IMG/VR virus record: IMGVR_UViG_3300020190_000010
Span: 73,493-137,492 of that record
Reading direction: 5' to 3' (one strand)
Source: a virus
Length of the DNA: 64,000 bases
Shown here: positions 47,917 to 57,810 of the stretch, one piece after another
How the letters are laid out: each line of letters begins with the position of its first letter
How positions within the stretch are numbered: the first letter of the stretch is position 1
The notes under the pieces: model-generated
The model's database searches: none
Told to the model about the DNA's origin: nothing
Seen by the model: only the letters and a program-made list of their open reading frames with translations
Translations under genes and position numbers: made by a program

Positions 47917-48536
47917 GTAAAAAAATGAAAAGAAAAATCGTAAATGAATCAATATCGCAATCTGCAATTAGTCCTTTTACTTATATTGTATTAATTGATG
48001 CATTAAATTTGGCAGAAAAGGGGAAGGGTAATATATTGTATATGTTTCCAAAGGAAAGTCCTTCATCTATAAAATTTTTATTTAAGAAATTGTTTAATTC
48101 AGATTCATACCGAAGTGGTAAGGACTCGTTACAATCAATATCGTCTAGATTCCATAACAATTCAGATTTAATTACACTCTATAAGGCAGTTAATTCATTA
48201 AAAAGTATGCCATATACTGAAAGTGAAAAAGAAAAACATGAAAATGATATTCAAAAATTAACAGAAAAAATATCCGGTTTTATTAAAAGAAGATTGACGG
48301 CCGAAGATGAAGAAGTTATAGAAATGTTTTTGTCAGAATTAAATCATGTTGCTGAGAAAATTTCTTTGAAAATACAAGAAGAAGTAGATACTGCTATTCA
48401 GACTAATGAAGTTCCTCCTGAATCGGAAGAACCACAAAAAAAATCAGATAAGGTTGAAGAAAGATTAAAAAATAAACTTCGTAAGAAGATAAAAGAAATA
48501 GTAAGAACTCATTTGTTATCAAACAATATAAGATAA
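47913..48536 (+). CDS. Hypothetical protein
   Basis: ATGA-coupled; N-terminal IVNE and C-terminal LRKKIKEIVR helix. Confidence 0.6.
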   Translation: MSKKMKRKIVNESISQSAISPFTYIVLIDALNLAEKGKGNILYMFPKESPSSIKFLFKKLFNSDSYRSGKDSLQSISSRFHNNSDLITLYKAVNSLKSMPYTESEKEKHENDIQKLTEKISGFIKRRLTAEDEEVIEMFLSELNHVAEKISLKIQEEVDTAIQTNEVPPESEEPQKKSDKVEERLKNKLRKKIKEIVRTHLLSNNIR

Positions 48537-48538
48537 AA

Positions 48539-49183
48539 ATGATTAAGTTAATTGACTTGCTAAAAGAAATTGAAATTGAAAAGGGTGCATTTCATGGATA
48601 TGGGATGAAACCAAAAGATATGCGGGTTGATGCGTGTAATGTAGAATGGACAAGTCCAGAACAAGATACAGGATGTCCTGCTTTTTCTGACTCAACAAGT
48701 GTAACAACCGAAGATATTGAAAAAGCGATATTGTATTTGAATGAAGAAAATCCTAAAACATTGATTGCTTATTCACGTGGTGGAGCAATACTTCTTCAGG
48801 CATTATCAATGGGTGCAAAAAAGCCAGATACCGTTTACCTTGTTGCTCCTGCATGGAATAGACAATGGCCAACGGTAACTTTAACTGGTTCTGAAATTAG
48901 CGGTAACGGTGCAATTATTCACGGCGGTAGTGATAATATAGTTCCATTAAAACATTCTGTGATGTTGGCAAAAGAAAGTGGTATGCCATTATATGTTTTT
49001 CCTGGTGCAAATCATGTGAACATATTAAAAAATAAAGATAATCCAACATCAGGAAAGTGGATGAAAGATGTTAGAAGTGCTAAGGCATTTCATATAATGT
49101 CTGTTCTTCCAGATTGGGGTAAAACTGGTCAGGCATCGCCAGAAGAACTTAAAATACAAGAAGAATTTGTTAATACGATTTAG
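48539..49183 (+). CDS. Alpha/beta hydrolase
   Basis: FHG oxyanion region, AYSRGG nucleophile elbow, HGGSDNIVP (Asp), GANH (His). Confidence 0.8.
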   Translation: MIKLIDLLKEIEIEKGAFHGYGMKPKDMRVDACNVEWTSPEQDTGCPAFSDSTSVTTEDIEKAILYLNEENPKTLIAYSRGGAILLQALSMGAKKPDTVYLVAPAWNRQWPTVTLTGSEISGNGAIIHGGSDNIVPLKHSVMLAKESGMPLYVFPGANHVNILKNKDNPTSGKWMKDVRSAKAFHIMSVLPDWGKTGQASPEELKIQEEFVNTI

Positions 49184-49188
49184 AGAGA

Positions 49189-50031
49189 ATGTTGATGAAA
49201 AATTCATTGAAAAGTTTAGTAAACGAAGTTAAAGTAAAACTAAATGAAGAAGATGCACAAGAAGAATTGAAAAAAATTCTTAAAAAAGATTATGTTTCAT
49301 TTGTAAAAGAGCTGGGTGATAATATAAAGGATCCTAAATTTGTTGATGCCATAAAATCTTTATCGTCAGATGCTCCAGTTAAAACATCTGCCGCTTCTCC
49401 TGTTTGCACAGATTTACAGCCAACTCAAAATGAAGTTGTTATGGATAAATCATTGAGCTATCCGTTAAAAGATGCTGCAAGTGCAGAGGCCTGTTTGAAA
49501 GGTGGTGTAGTTGCACCTGCTGGAAAATCAATTGTAACAGGTGGTGGTGGTAAATTTGTTATTGACGGACACCACCGTTGGTCACAAGTATTCTGTCTTA
49601 ATCCTGATGCAAAGATAAAGGCAGTTGATTTAACGGATATTAAAAAACCACTCGAAGCACTTAAAGCCACTCAAATTGGTATTGCTGCTCAAACTGGAAC
49701 AGTTCCAACTGCAGCCGGTGGTGGTGTAAATCTGTTTCAAGTTGGTGAGAGTGAATTGAAAAAATATGTTATTGATAATATAAAAGAGCCAGTTGTTGAA
49801 GTGTTTAAGAAATATGATAAAGGCGATACACCAGAAGCGATTGCGGACTATATTTGGGGTAATGTAGAAACATTGAAAAAACAAAGTCCTCCAGTTGCAG
49901 GTGCTCCAAAGCGTGATGTTATGCCTCAAACAGATGATGCACCAGCTTGGGTTGATAACACATTCAATGTGGAAAAAATACCAGAAACGATTGTTCGTAG
50001 ATTAAAGGAACTTATGAAATACAATAAATGA
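49189..50031 (+). CDS. ParB/sulfiredoxin-like domain protein (paralogue of 19652-20662)
   Basis: LQPTQNEV, FVIDGHHRWSQ, APKRDVMP. Confidence 0.7.
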   Translation: MLMKNSLKSLVNEVKVKLNEEDAQEELKKILKKDYVSFVKELGDNIKDPKFVDAIKSLSSDAPVKTSAASPVCTDLQPTQNEVVMDKSLSYPLKDAASAEACLKGGVVAPAGKSIVTGGGGKFVIDGHHRWSQVFCLNPDAKIKAVDLTDIKKPLEALKATQIGIAAQTGTVPTAAGGGVNLFQVGESELKKYVIDNIKEPVVEVFKKYDKGDTPEAIADYIWGNVETLKKQSPPVAGAPKRDVMPQTDDAPAWVDNTFNVEKIPETIVRRLKELMKYNK

Positions 50032-50032
50032 T

Positions 50033-50068
50033 AATATGGGAAATCTTCGGATTTCCCATATTTATTTA
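50033..50068 (+). terminator. Terminator with C(UUCG)G tetraloop
   Basis: AATATGGGAAATC-TTCG-GATTTCCCATATT; the tail overlaps ATATTTAT at 50058-50065. Confidence 0.85.
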
Positions 50069-50087
50069 TAGAATAAAATAAAAATTG

Positions 50088-50119
50088 CTTGCTTATTAAA
50101 CATTAAATTCATATATTAG
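50088..50119 (+). promoter_or_regulatory. Host-type promoter for the ssb-recA-exonuclease-helicase operon
   Basis: CTTG 50088-50091, 20 nt, TATATTAG 50112-50119. Confidence 0.55.
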
Positions 50120-50191
50120 TATTGTTCTATTAGACATAACATTCTTTTAGTAACGATTAAACATTATTTATTACACATTTGGAGAAACATC

Positions 50192-50947
50192 ATGGCTATT
50201 AACCTAGATGCAATCAAGAGTCGTTTGAACTCTCTAAAAAACACAAACAATCGCACATCTAACATTTGGAAACCCGATCCGGGTGAAACTCAAATCAGAA
50301 TTGTTCCCTACATTCATAACAGAGAAAATCCGTTTATCGAATTGTATTTCCATTACAATTTGGGTAAGAGATCTATTCTTTCTCCTGCATCATTTGGTCG
50401 TCCTGATCCAGTGGTTGAGTTTGCAGAAAAACTTAAACAAACTGGTGATAAAGAAGATTGGGTAATGGGTAGAAAATTGGAACCCAAAATGCGTATCTAT
50501 GTTCCTGTTATTGTTCGTGGTCAAGAAAATGAAGGTGTAAAGTTTTGGGGATTTGGTAAACAAATTTATGAAGAACTACTTGCTTTCTTTGTTGATCCTG
50601 ATTACGGTGATTTGTCTGATGCAAAATCTGGTCGTGACATTGTTGTTACCGTTAAGTCACCAGAAGAAGCCGGTAAGACTTATGCAGAAACAAGTATTCG
50701 TGTTAAACCAAAAGAAACACCTATTACAGAAAGTGCAGAAGTTCTTGAAAAGATTAAGTCACAACCACAAATTACAGAATTGTATCCAGAACCATCTTAT
50801 GATGATTTGAAGATTCAGTTACAAACTTGGATGGGTGCTTCTTCACAAGAAGAAGAATCAAAAGATCTCAATTACAAACAAGAAAAGAGTGACAGCTCAA
50901 ACACACCTGCAGAAGATGTCGGTGTTACATTTGATGATTTATTTTAA
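50192..50947 (+). CDS. Single-stranded DNA-binding protein (gp32-like)
   Basis: WKP..G...IRIVP....PF.ELYFHY, GVKFWGFGK.IY, GRDI, acidic C-terminus ending FDDLF. Confidence 0.8.
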   Translation: MAINLDAIKSRLNSLKNTNNRTSNIWKPDPGETQIRIVPYIHNRENPFIELYFHYNLGKRSILSPASFGRPDPVVEFAEKLKQTGDKEDWVMGRKLEPKMRIYVPVIVRGQENEGVKFWGFGKQIYEELLAFFVDPDYGDLSDAKSGRDIVVTVKSPEEAGKTYAETSIRVKPKETPITESAEVLEKIKSQPQITELYPEPSYDDLKIQLQTWMGASSQEEESKDLNYKQEKSDSSNTPAEDVGVTFDDLF

Positions 50948-50959
50948 TAAGGGTGAGTT

Positions 50960-52108
50960 ATGGCAAAATCAAAGAGTGATCTTTCCGATGAACTCGGTGG
51001 GCTCATTGCCGAAACTATAAACAAACAATTCAAAACTCAAAACATTAAGACTGCTTACTTTCTTGAAGGTGATAGTGATGCACCTACGATAGTAAAAGAA
51101 TGGGTAGGAACTGGCTCAACCATGTTGGATTTGGCCATTTCTAATCGTAAGTATGGTGGTTTTCCTGTTGGTCGTGTATCTGAAATAACAGGTCTCGAAC
51201 AATCTGGTAAATCTCTATTGGCAGCCCATGCACTTCTTAACACACAAAAGAAAGGTGGTCTTGCTGTTTATATTGATACCGAGAATGCAATATCAACTGA
51301 ATATCTAACCGCAATCGGTTTGAACTTGAAAGATATGTTATACATTCCATTGGAAACAGTAGAAGATATTTTTGAAACCGTTGATGTTATCATTGATAAG
51401 GTTCGTTCATCCGATAAAGATAGATTGGTAACGATAGTAGTTGATTCGATAGCCGGTGCATCCACTAAAACAGAAATGGCTGCAGATTTTGATAAGGATG
51501 GTTATGCTACGGCAAAGGCACTTATCATTTCAAAGGCAATGAGAAAGATTACAAATCTTATCGGTAGAGAGCGTATTTGTTTGATTATTACAAATCAACT
51601 TCGTCAGAAACTCAATGCTCCAGCATTTTCTGATCCTTGGACAACACCTGGTGGTAAAGGTATTCCTTTCCATGCTTCTGTTCGTCTTCGTCTTTCTTCA
51701 ATCGGTGCCATAAAAGCAAAGAGAGAAGGTCGTGATGAAATTGTTGGTTCAAGGATTAAGGCGAAATTGGTGAAGAACAGAGTAGGTCCTCCGCTGCGTG
51801 AATGTGAATATGAAGTTTATTTTGATAGTGGTATAGATGATTATTCATCATGGCTAACTGTGATGAAAGAACACAATCTTGTTTCTCAATCTGGTGCATG
51901 GTATTCATGGACAGACAAAAGAACTGGAGAAGTCATTAAGTTTCAATCAAAGGAATTTGTTGAAAAGATTATGAGTAATCCCCAATTGTATGATATAGTT
52001 TATGATGAAATCGCTGAGAAAGTAATTATGAAATATAAGAAACTGGATGAGGCACGCATAGATGACGTAACACTTTCCGATGAACCATTATTACAAGATG
52101 AAGTATGA
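50960..52108 (+). CDS. recA: RecA/UvsX recombinase
   Basis: TGSTMLD, GLEQSGKS, YIDTE, VVDSIA, NQLR, TPGGK...FHASVRL, KNRVGPP. Confidence 0.95.
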   Translation: MAKSKSDLSDELGGLIAETINKQFKTQNIKTAYFLEGDSDAPTIVKEWVGTGSTMLDLAISNRKYGGFPVGRVSEITGLEQSGKSLLAAHALLNTQKKGGLAVYIDTENAISTEYLTAIGLNLKDMLYIPLETVEDIFETVDVIIDKVRSSDKDRLVTIVVDSIAGASTKTEMAADFDKDGYATAKALIISKAMRKITNLIGRERICLIITNQLRQKLNAPAFSDPWTTPGGKGIPFHASVRLRLSSIGAIKAKREGRDEIVGSRIKAKLVKNRVGPPLRECEYEVYFDSGIDDYSSWLTVMKEHNLVSQSGAWYSWTDKRTGEVIKFQSKEFVEKIMSNPQLYDIVYDEIAEKVIMKYKKLDEARIDDVTLSDEPLLQDEV

Positions 52109-53151
52109 ACCGTAAATATCAAAGACTTTTACAAGAAATAGAAACAGAAAAACAAGAACAAGAGAACTATCATCGTGATAGTAAGGTTTTGATTGTAGAT
52201 GGGATGAACCTTTTTATACGCACATTTTCTGCCATCCCAACATTAAACGAAGATGGTATTCATGTTGGTGGATTATCTGGTTTCTTGAAGTCTCTTGGAG
52301 CAACAATCCGTATGGTTAATCCCACACGGGTTGTTGTTGTCTTTGATGGTAAGGGTGGTTCACAGAGAAGAAAAGAAATTTATTCAAACTATAAGGAAGG
52401 TAGGGCAATCAAGTCACGGTTAAACCGTGTAGTTGGGTTTGAAGATATTGAAGATGAACAATCCTCAATTAAGTATCAACTGTTTCGTGTTTTTTCATAC
52501 CTACAAAATTTGCCACTAACAATAATCTCCATTGATAAAATAGAAGCAGATGATGTGATTGCCTACCTTTCTTCTTATTTCAAAGAAAAATGTGTAATAC
52601 TTTCCAATGACCGAGACTTTTTACAATTGGTTTCGGATAGAGTTAGTGTTTATCTGCCAACCAAAAAGAAAATGTATACACCAGAAAACCTTTTGGAAGA
52701 AACGGGTATTTGGTGTGAGAATTATATCATATACAAATCTTTACTTGGCGATAAGAGTGATAATGTAGTTGGCATTCGTGGTCTCGGTGACAAAACGATA
52801 TTAAAATTCTTTCCAGAATTATCAGAAAAAAGAAAAATTGATTTGGAAATGTTCGTAGAAATTTGTAAATTACATGATAATAAATCCAAAGCAATTCAAG
52901 AATTAAAGAACAACCTAAATGTATTGCAAACCAATCATAGAATAATGCAATTGAGTGATGTTGAAATTTCACAAAGCACTAAATCAACATTAAGACATTT
53001 AGTTGATGGTGAAATTGACGGTATCAATAAAGTTGAACTGAATAAATTATTTGTAGAAGATAAACTACAAAATGTTTTATTGAATTGGGATGTATGGGTT
53101 CAAAATAATTTTACAACATTAAATTCCATTAGGAACAAATATGCAGGATAA
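52105..53151 (+). CDS. 5'-3' exonuclease / flap endonuclease (T4 RNase H-like)
   Basis: LIVDGMN, VFDG, YKEGR, EADDVIA, SNDRDFLQL, LGDKSDNV.GI.GLG.KT. Confidence 0.92.
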   Translation: MNRKYQRLLQEIETEKQEQENYHRDSKVLIVDGMNLFIRTFSAIPTLNEDGIHVGGLSGFLKSLGATIRMVNPTRVVVVFDGKGGSQRRKEIYSNYKEGRAIKSRLNRVVGFEDIEDEQSSIKYQLFRVFSYLQNLPLTIISIDKIEADDVIAYLSSYFKEKCVILSNDRDFLQLVSDRVSVYLPTKKKMYTPENLLEETGIWCENYIIYKSLLGDKSDNVVGIRGLGDKTILKFFPELSEKRKIDLEMFVEICKLHDNKSKAIQELKNNLNVLQTNHRIMQLSDVEISQSTKSTLRHLVDGEIDGINKVELNKLFVEDKLQNVLLNWDVWVQNNFTTLNSIRNKYAG

Positions 53152-54493
53152 TTTATCCCAATATGGTCATACCTTTCAGACAAAAGTAGTCACTTCATTA
53201 TTAAACGATAGAGCATTTTTACAACAAGTTTCAGATATTATCGAACCAAATTATTTTGAGTCTCAAGCAAATAGTTGGGTTGTTGAAAAGATAATGTCCT
53301 ATTATGAGAAGTATAAAACTGCACCAACTGCTGAAGTTTTCAAGTCTGAATTGATTACCGTTGAAGATAAAGTTTTGAAGAGCACTATTGCAGATGCTCT
53401 GAAAGAAAGTGCAAAGTATAAAGATAGTTCTGATGCAGAATATGTTAAATCAACTACTCTTGAATTTTGTAAAAATCAAAAGATGAAAGTTGCAATTATT
53501 GAGTCGGTTGATTTGCTTAAGAGTGGTAAGTATGATTTAATAAAAAAGAAAATTGATACTGCATTGAAAGCCGGAACTGACAAAGATATTGGACATGAAT
53601 ATCTTGTAGATATTATTGCTCGTTATGAAGAAGGTGCAAGAAGTTGTGTATCTACTGGATGGAATGTAGTTGATGATATTACAAACGGTGGATTGGCTGC
53701 TGGTGAGTTGGGTGTTATCATTGCTCCTGCCGGTGGCGGTAAGTCTTGGGGATTGGTAAGTATTGCCGCTCAAGCAGTTAAGGCCGGTAAGAGAGTTGTT
53801 TATTATACACTTGAACTCAATCAGTTTTATGTTGCAAGAAGATTTGATGCTTACTTTACAAAGATTGCATTTCAAAATCTTAACGAAGAATATGCACAAG
53901 AGAAAATCCGTGATACAATGGAAACTATCAAAGGTGACTTGATTGTAAAGTATTATCCAACCAAAACCGCAAGTATCACAACAATAACATCACATATAGA
54001 GAAATGCATCAGTCAAGGTAAACCACCTGATTTAGTTATAGTTGATTATGCAGACTTGATAAGACCTGCAAAAGCCGGTGATAAAAGATTGGAACTAAAT
54101 GATATTTATGAAGACTTGCGTGGTGTTGGCGGAACTTATGGAATACCTATTTGGACTGCATCACAAGCAAATCGTTCTGCTCTTGAAGATGATGTGATTG
54201 AAGGTGGTAAAGTTTCAGAATCATATAACAAAATTATGATTGCAGATTTCATTATGTCTCTATCAAGAAAATTGAATGATAAAGTTGGTGGAACAGGCAG
54301 ATGGCATATTATTAAAAATCGTTTCGGTCCTGATGGTATGACATTCCCAAGTAAAATAAATACAATGACTGGCCACATTGAAATATACGAACCAAGTTCT
54401 GACATGGGACAAAATGTTCAAACATCAATGAAAGGTGACGTGAATGTTAAGAAAGCTCTTTCACAAAAGTTCAAAGAATTGGAAGGGTTTTAG
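53141..54493 (+). CDS. dnaB: Replicative DnaB-family helicase (gp41-like)
   Basis: APAGGGKS, YTLEL, IVDYAD, WTASQANR, KNRFGPDG. Confidence 0.92.
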   Translation: MQDNLSQYGHTFQTKVVTSLLNDRAFLQQVSDIIEPNYFESQANSWVVEKIMSYYEKYKTAPTAEVFKSELITVEDKVLKSTIADALKESAKYKDSSDAEYVKSTTLEFCKNQKMKVAIIESVDLLKSGKYDLIKKKIDTALKAGTDKDIGHEYLVDIIARYEEGARSCVSTGWNVVDDITNGGLAAGELGVIIAPAGGGKSWGLVSIAAQAVKAGKRVVYYTLELNQFYVARRFDAYFTKIAFQNLNEEYAQEKIRDTMETIKGDLIVKYYPTKTASITTITSHIEKCISQGKPPDLVIVDYADLIRPAKAGDKRLELNDIYEDLRGVGGTYGIPIWTASQANRSALEDDVIEGGKVSESYNKIMIADFIMSLSRKLNDKVGGTGRWHIIKNRFGPDGMTFPSKINTMTGHIEIYEPSSDMGQNVQTSMKGDVNVKKALSQKFKELEGF

Positions 54494-54612
54494 TGGAAAA
54501 ATAATTTAGAAAAACCCACTTTTTTTATCCAAAACCATATACTTATTCGTGTATGGTTTTGATTTATACCTAAAAAATACCGTTTTCAATAAAAAAATCA
54601 ATGGAGAAATAA

Positions 54613-56466
54613 ATGGACATCAGCAATCGCATCTTGTCTGAGATCACAGTTTACATGAAGTATGCTCGTTTCATTCCCGAAAAAAATCGTAGGGAAACTT
54701 GGGAAGAATTGGTGACACGAAATAAAAAAATGCACCAAAGAAAATATCCAAAATTAAAAGATGAAATTGAAAATGTCTATAAAATGGTATATGATAAGAA
54801 AGTATTACCATCAATGCGTTCATTGCAATTCGGTGGTAAACCAATAGAAATAAGTCCTAACAGAATATACAATTGTGCTTATCTTCCAATAGATGACTGG
54901 CGTGCTTTCGGTGAAGTAATGTTTCTTCTTCTTGGTGGAACCGGTGTAGGTTATTCCGTTCAGAAACATCATGTAGAAAGTTTGCCACCAATCCACAGAC
55001 CTAAATCAAAAGAAAGAAGATTTCTTATCGGTGACTCAATTGAAGGTTGGGCAGATGCAATTAAAGCTTTGACGAAATCATATTTCACCGGTGGTTCATC
55101 TATCCGTTTTGATTATTCAGATATTCGTCACAAGGGTGCCCGTCTTATTACAAGTGGTGGGAAGGCACCGGGTCCAGAACCACTACGAATTTGTATTGAA
55201 AAGATTAGAGCAATTCTTGAACTTAAAAATGACGGTGAACAACTTTCACCGATTGAAGTTCACGATATTGTTTGTCATATTGCAGATGCAGTTCTTGCCG
55301 GTGGTATTCGCCGTGCAGCTCTTATTTCTCTTTTCTCTGCCGATGATGACGATATGATTTCATGTAAGTTTGGAAATTGGTGGGAACTCAATCCACAAAG
55401 AGGCAGAGCGAATAATTCTGCGGTTCTTCTTCGTAGTAAGGTAACAGAAGAATTTTTCAAATCACTTTGGAAGAAAATAGAATTATCAAATGCAGGTGAG
55501 CCGGGTATTTATCTTTCCAACGATAAAGATTGGGGAACAAATCCTTGTTGTGAGATTGCACTTCGCCCATTCCAATTTTGTAACTTGTGTGAGGTAAATG
55601 TTTCTGATGTTGAAAGTCAAGAAGATTTGGAGGATAGAGTTCGTGCCGCTTCTTTCATCGGAACATTGCAGGCAGGTTATACGGATTTTCATTATCTTCG
55701 CCCAATATGGCAAAGAACAACTGAAAAGGATGCACTTCTCGGTGTTGGTATGACAGGTATCGGTTCTGGTAAAGTTCAAAAGTTGGATTTGAAAGCTGCT
55801 GCTAAGGCATCAAGAGAAGAAAACGAAAGAGTTGCGGAACTTATCGGTATCAATAAATCCGCAAGAACAACAACGATTAAACCTGCTGGAACATCATCAT
55901 TGACATTGGGTTGTTCATCAGGCATTCATGCATGGCATAATGACTATTATCTACGCCGTGTTCGTGTTGGTAAGAATGAGGCAATTTATACTTATCTTTC
56001 AATCAATCATCCCGAATTGGTAGAAGATGAATACTTCCGCCCACATGATACTGCTGTAATTGGTGTTCCACAAAAGTCACCAGAGGGTTCAATACTTCGT
56101 AGTGAAAGTCCATTACAATTATTGGAAAGAGTAAAATGGTTCAATCAGAATTGGATTAAGCCAGGTCATAGAACAGGTATGAACACACATAATATATCTG
56201 CAACAGTATCTATCCGCGAACACGAATGGGATGCCGTTGGTAATTGGATGTGGGAAAATAAAGAACACTTCAATGGTCTTTCAGTATTGCCTTATGACGG
56301 TGGAACATACATACAGGCACCTTTTGAAGATATTGATGAAGAAAAGTATAATAAGTTAATGGAAACTCTGCACGATGTTGATTTAAGTAATGTTGTTGAG
56401 TTGGAAGACAATACAGATTTGACTGGCGAATTGGCTTGTGCTGGTGGTGCCTGTGAAATAAAATAA
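54613..56466 (+). CDS. nrdJ: Class II (adenosylcobalamin-dependent) ribonucleotide reductase
   Basis: RRETWEE, PSMR, NCAY, GTGVG, GGIRRAA, GTNPCCEI, CNL, TIKPAGT, C-terminal CAGGAC; no small subunit adjacent. Confidence 0.9.
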   Translation: MDISNRILSEITVYMKYARFIPEKNRRETWEELVTRNKKMHQRKYPKLKDEIENVYKMVYDKKVLPSMRSLQFGGKPIEISPNRIYNCAYLPIDDWRAFGEVMFLLLGGTGVGYSVQKHHVESLPPIHRPKSKERRFLIGDSIEGWADAIKALTKSYFTGGSSIRFDYSDIRHKGARLITSGGKAPGPEPLRICIEKIRAILELKNDGEQLSPIEVHDIVCHIADAVLAGGIRRAALISLFSADDDDMISCKFGNWWELNPQRGRANNSAVLLRSKVTEEFFKSLWKKIELSNAGEPGIYLSNDKDWGTNPCCEIALRPFQFCNLCEVNVSDVESQEDLEDRVRAASFIGTLQAGYTDFHYLRPIWQRTTEKDALLGVGMTGIGSGKVQKLDLKAAAKASREENERVAELIGINKSARTTTIKPAGTSSLTLGCSSGIHAWHNDYYLRRVRVGKNEAIYTYLSINHPELVEDEYFRPHDTAVIGVPQKSPEGSILRSESPLQLLERVKWFNQNWIKPGHRTGMNTHNISATVSIREHEWDAVGNWMWENKEHFNGLSVLPYDGGTYIQAPFEDIDEEKYNKLMETLHDVDLSNVVELEDNTDLTGELACAGGACEIK

Positions 56467-56473
56467 ATAATAA

Positions 56474-56893
56474 TGTTATAGTTCTTTGGGAATAAGGAGA
56501 AAAGTTATGGATATAACTTCATTTTGGTTGGGTGTATGTGCAGTTACAGTCTTAACGGCAGTTACGGTTGTAGTTGTGGGTATGTTCAAAATTAGTAGAT
56601 TAAACAAAGAACTAAATAATTTAGAGAGGTTAGTTGATACAGTAGTTAATCAATTGGATCAACGAATTACATCAACAGATGATTATTTTAGACGAATGAT
56701 TGATTCCAGAGTTGATAGCTTGAGTTCGGTTATTGAAAAAGAACATCGGTTCATCCACGAAAGAATTGATAAATCACAACAAGAAGTTGTTGGTGAAATA
56801 AAATTCGTGCATGAAAGAATTGATGGTTTGGGTAAAGTAAAATAAAAATAAAGTATAATTATTATTAAACACATTATCCAAAGAACTATAACA
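56474..56893. repeat. Perfect 16-bp inverted repeat enclosing one gene
   Basis: TGTTATAGTTCTTTGG (56474-56489) and CCAAAGAACTATAACA (56878-56893). Confidence 0.85.
56507..56845 (+). CDS. N-terminal TM plus coiled-coil protein
   Basis: AAGGAG SD; one TM followed by heptads with a duplicated F(I/V)HERID. Confidence 0.65.
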   Translation: MDITSFWLGVCAVTVLTAVTVVVVGMFKISRLNKELNNLERLVDTVVNQLDQRITSTDDYFRRMIDSRVDSLSSVIEKEHRFIHERIDKSQQEVVGEIKFVHERIDGLGKVK

Positions 56894-56910
56894 CATATTT
56901 TTGATATAAC

Positions 56911-57786
56911 ATGATTAAATTAAAGAAATTATTGACAGAAGGTGGGAATATGTTTCCCGATGCCGTGGCGATTAAACAAAATGAAGTGGCGGCAACTGTC
57001 TCAAAAATTGAGACAGTTGTTTTGAAACCACTCGGTCTTATCGGTTTTGGAACAGATTGTTTCATACTCGGTAGTGCAGGAAAGAAACCTGATGTTCAAT
57101 TATCAGGTGACTTGGACATTGGTATTTCAATGGATCAATTGGCATCCGCCAATGGTTTGAAATTAAGTGATGTATTGGATTGGTTGATAAAGGAATTGGA
57201 AAAGATGGGATATGATGCAAAGCCACTTCGTGGGTTCTCACAAGTTTCTATTCCGTTTCCAATAGTCGGCAGAGTTACCGAAGAACCTGTGCAAGTTGAT
57301 TTCATGTTATCAAATAATGTTAATTGGACACAATTTGTTTATTCATCACCGGATTATTCAAAGGGTGAGTCAAAATATAAACAAGCATATAGAAATTTTT
57401 TATTGGCTGCAGTTGTTTCTGCGGTTGATTACAAAGTATTAAAGAAAACCGATAAGGATGTTCCGATTGAAGTTGAGAAGTATGTTATGAGACATGACAA
57501 AGGAATTTATAGATTAGCAAAAAGTTATGCCGGTAAAGGTGGTAGTATTATCAAAGCCGGTAAAACTATTGCAGGTAGTGAAAGTTTTGTAACACAAACA
57601 CCGGAAGAAATGATACATTTCTTTTTGGGAGATCAGTATACTATCGCTGATGCTGCATCATTTGAAAAATTATATGATGTTGTATTTAACAAACAAAGTA
57701 AAGTTTCAGGAATGCGAGACACAATTCGCAAGTTTTTTATACAAAGTATAACCAATGCAAAATTACCGATACCGGAGATAATGTAG
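56911..57786 (+). CDS. Pol-beta superfamily nucleotidyltransferase
   Basis: LGSAGKK....SGDLDI (GS plus DxD) and a third Asp in VQVDFM. Confidence 0.7.
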   Translation: MIKLKKLLTEGGNMFPDAVAIKQNEVAATVSKIETVVLKPLGLIGFGTDCFILGSAGKKPDVQLSGDLDIGISMDQLASANGLKLSDVLDWLIKELEKMGYDAKPLRGFSQVSIPFPIVGRVTEEPVQVDFMLSNNVNWTQFVYSSPDYSKGESKYKQAYRNFLLAAVVSAVDYKVLKKTDKDVPIEVEKYVMRHDKGIYRLAKSYAGKGGSIIKAGKTIAGSESFVTQTPEEMIHFFLGDQYTIADAASFEKLYDVVFNKQSKVSGMRDTIRKFFIQSITNAKLPIPEIM

Positions 57787-57810
57787 GTTATATTATACAC
57801 AGGAGGTTTT

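Noticed and set aside
54494-54612. Cobalamin riboswitch upstream of nrdJ
   Set aside because: The region is short and AT-rich with no recognisable B12 box.
8600-56466. Inteins or introns in terminase, RecA, helicase or RNR
   Set aside because: The ORFs are continuous, of ordinary length, with normally spaced motifs.
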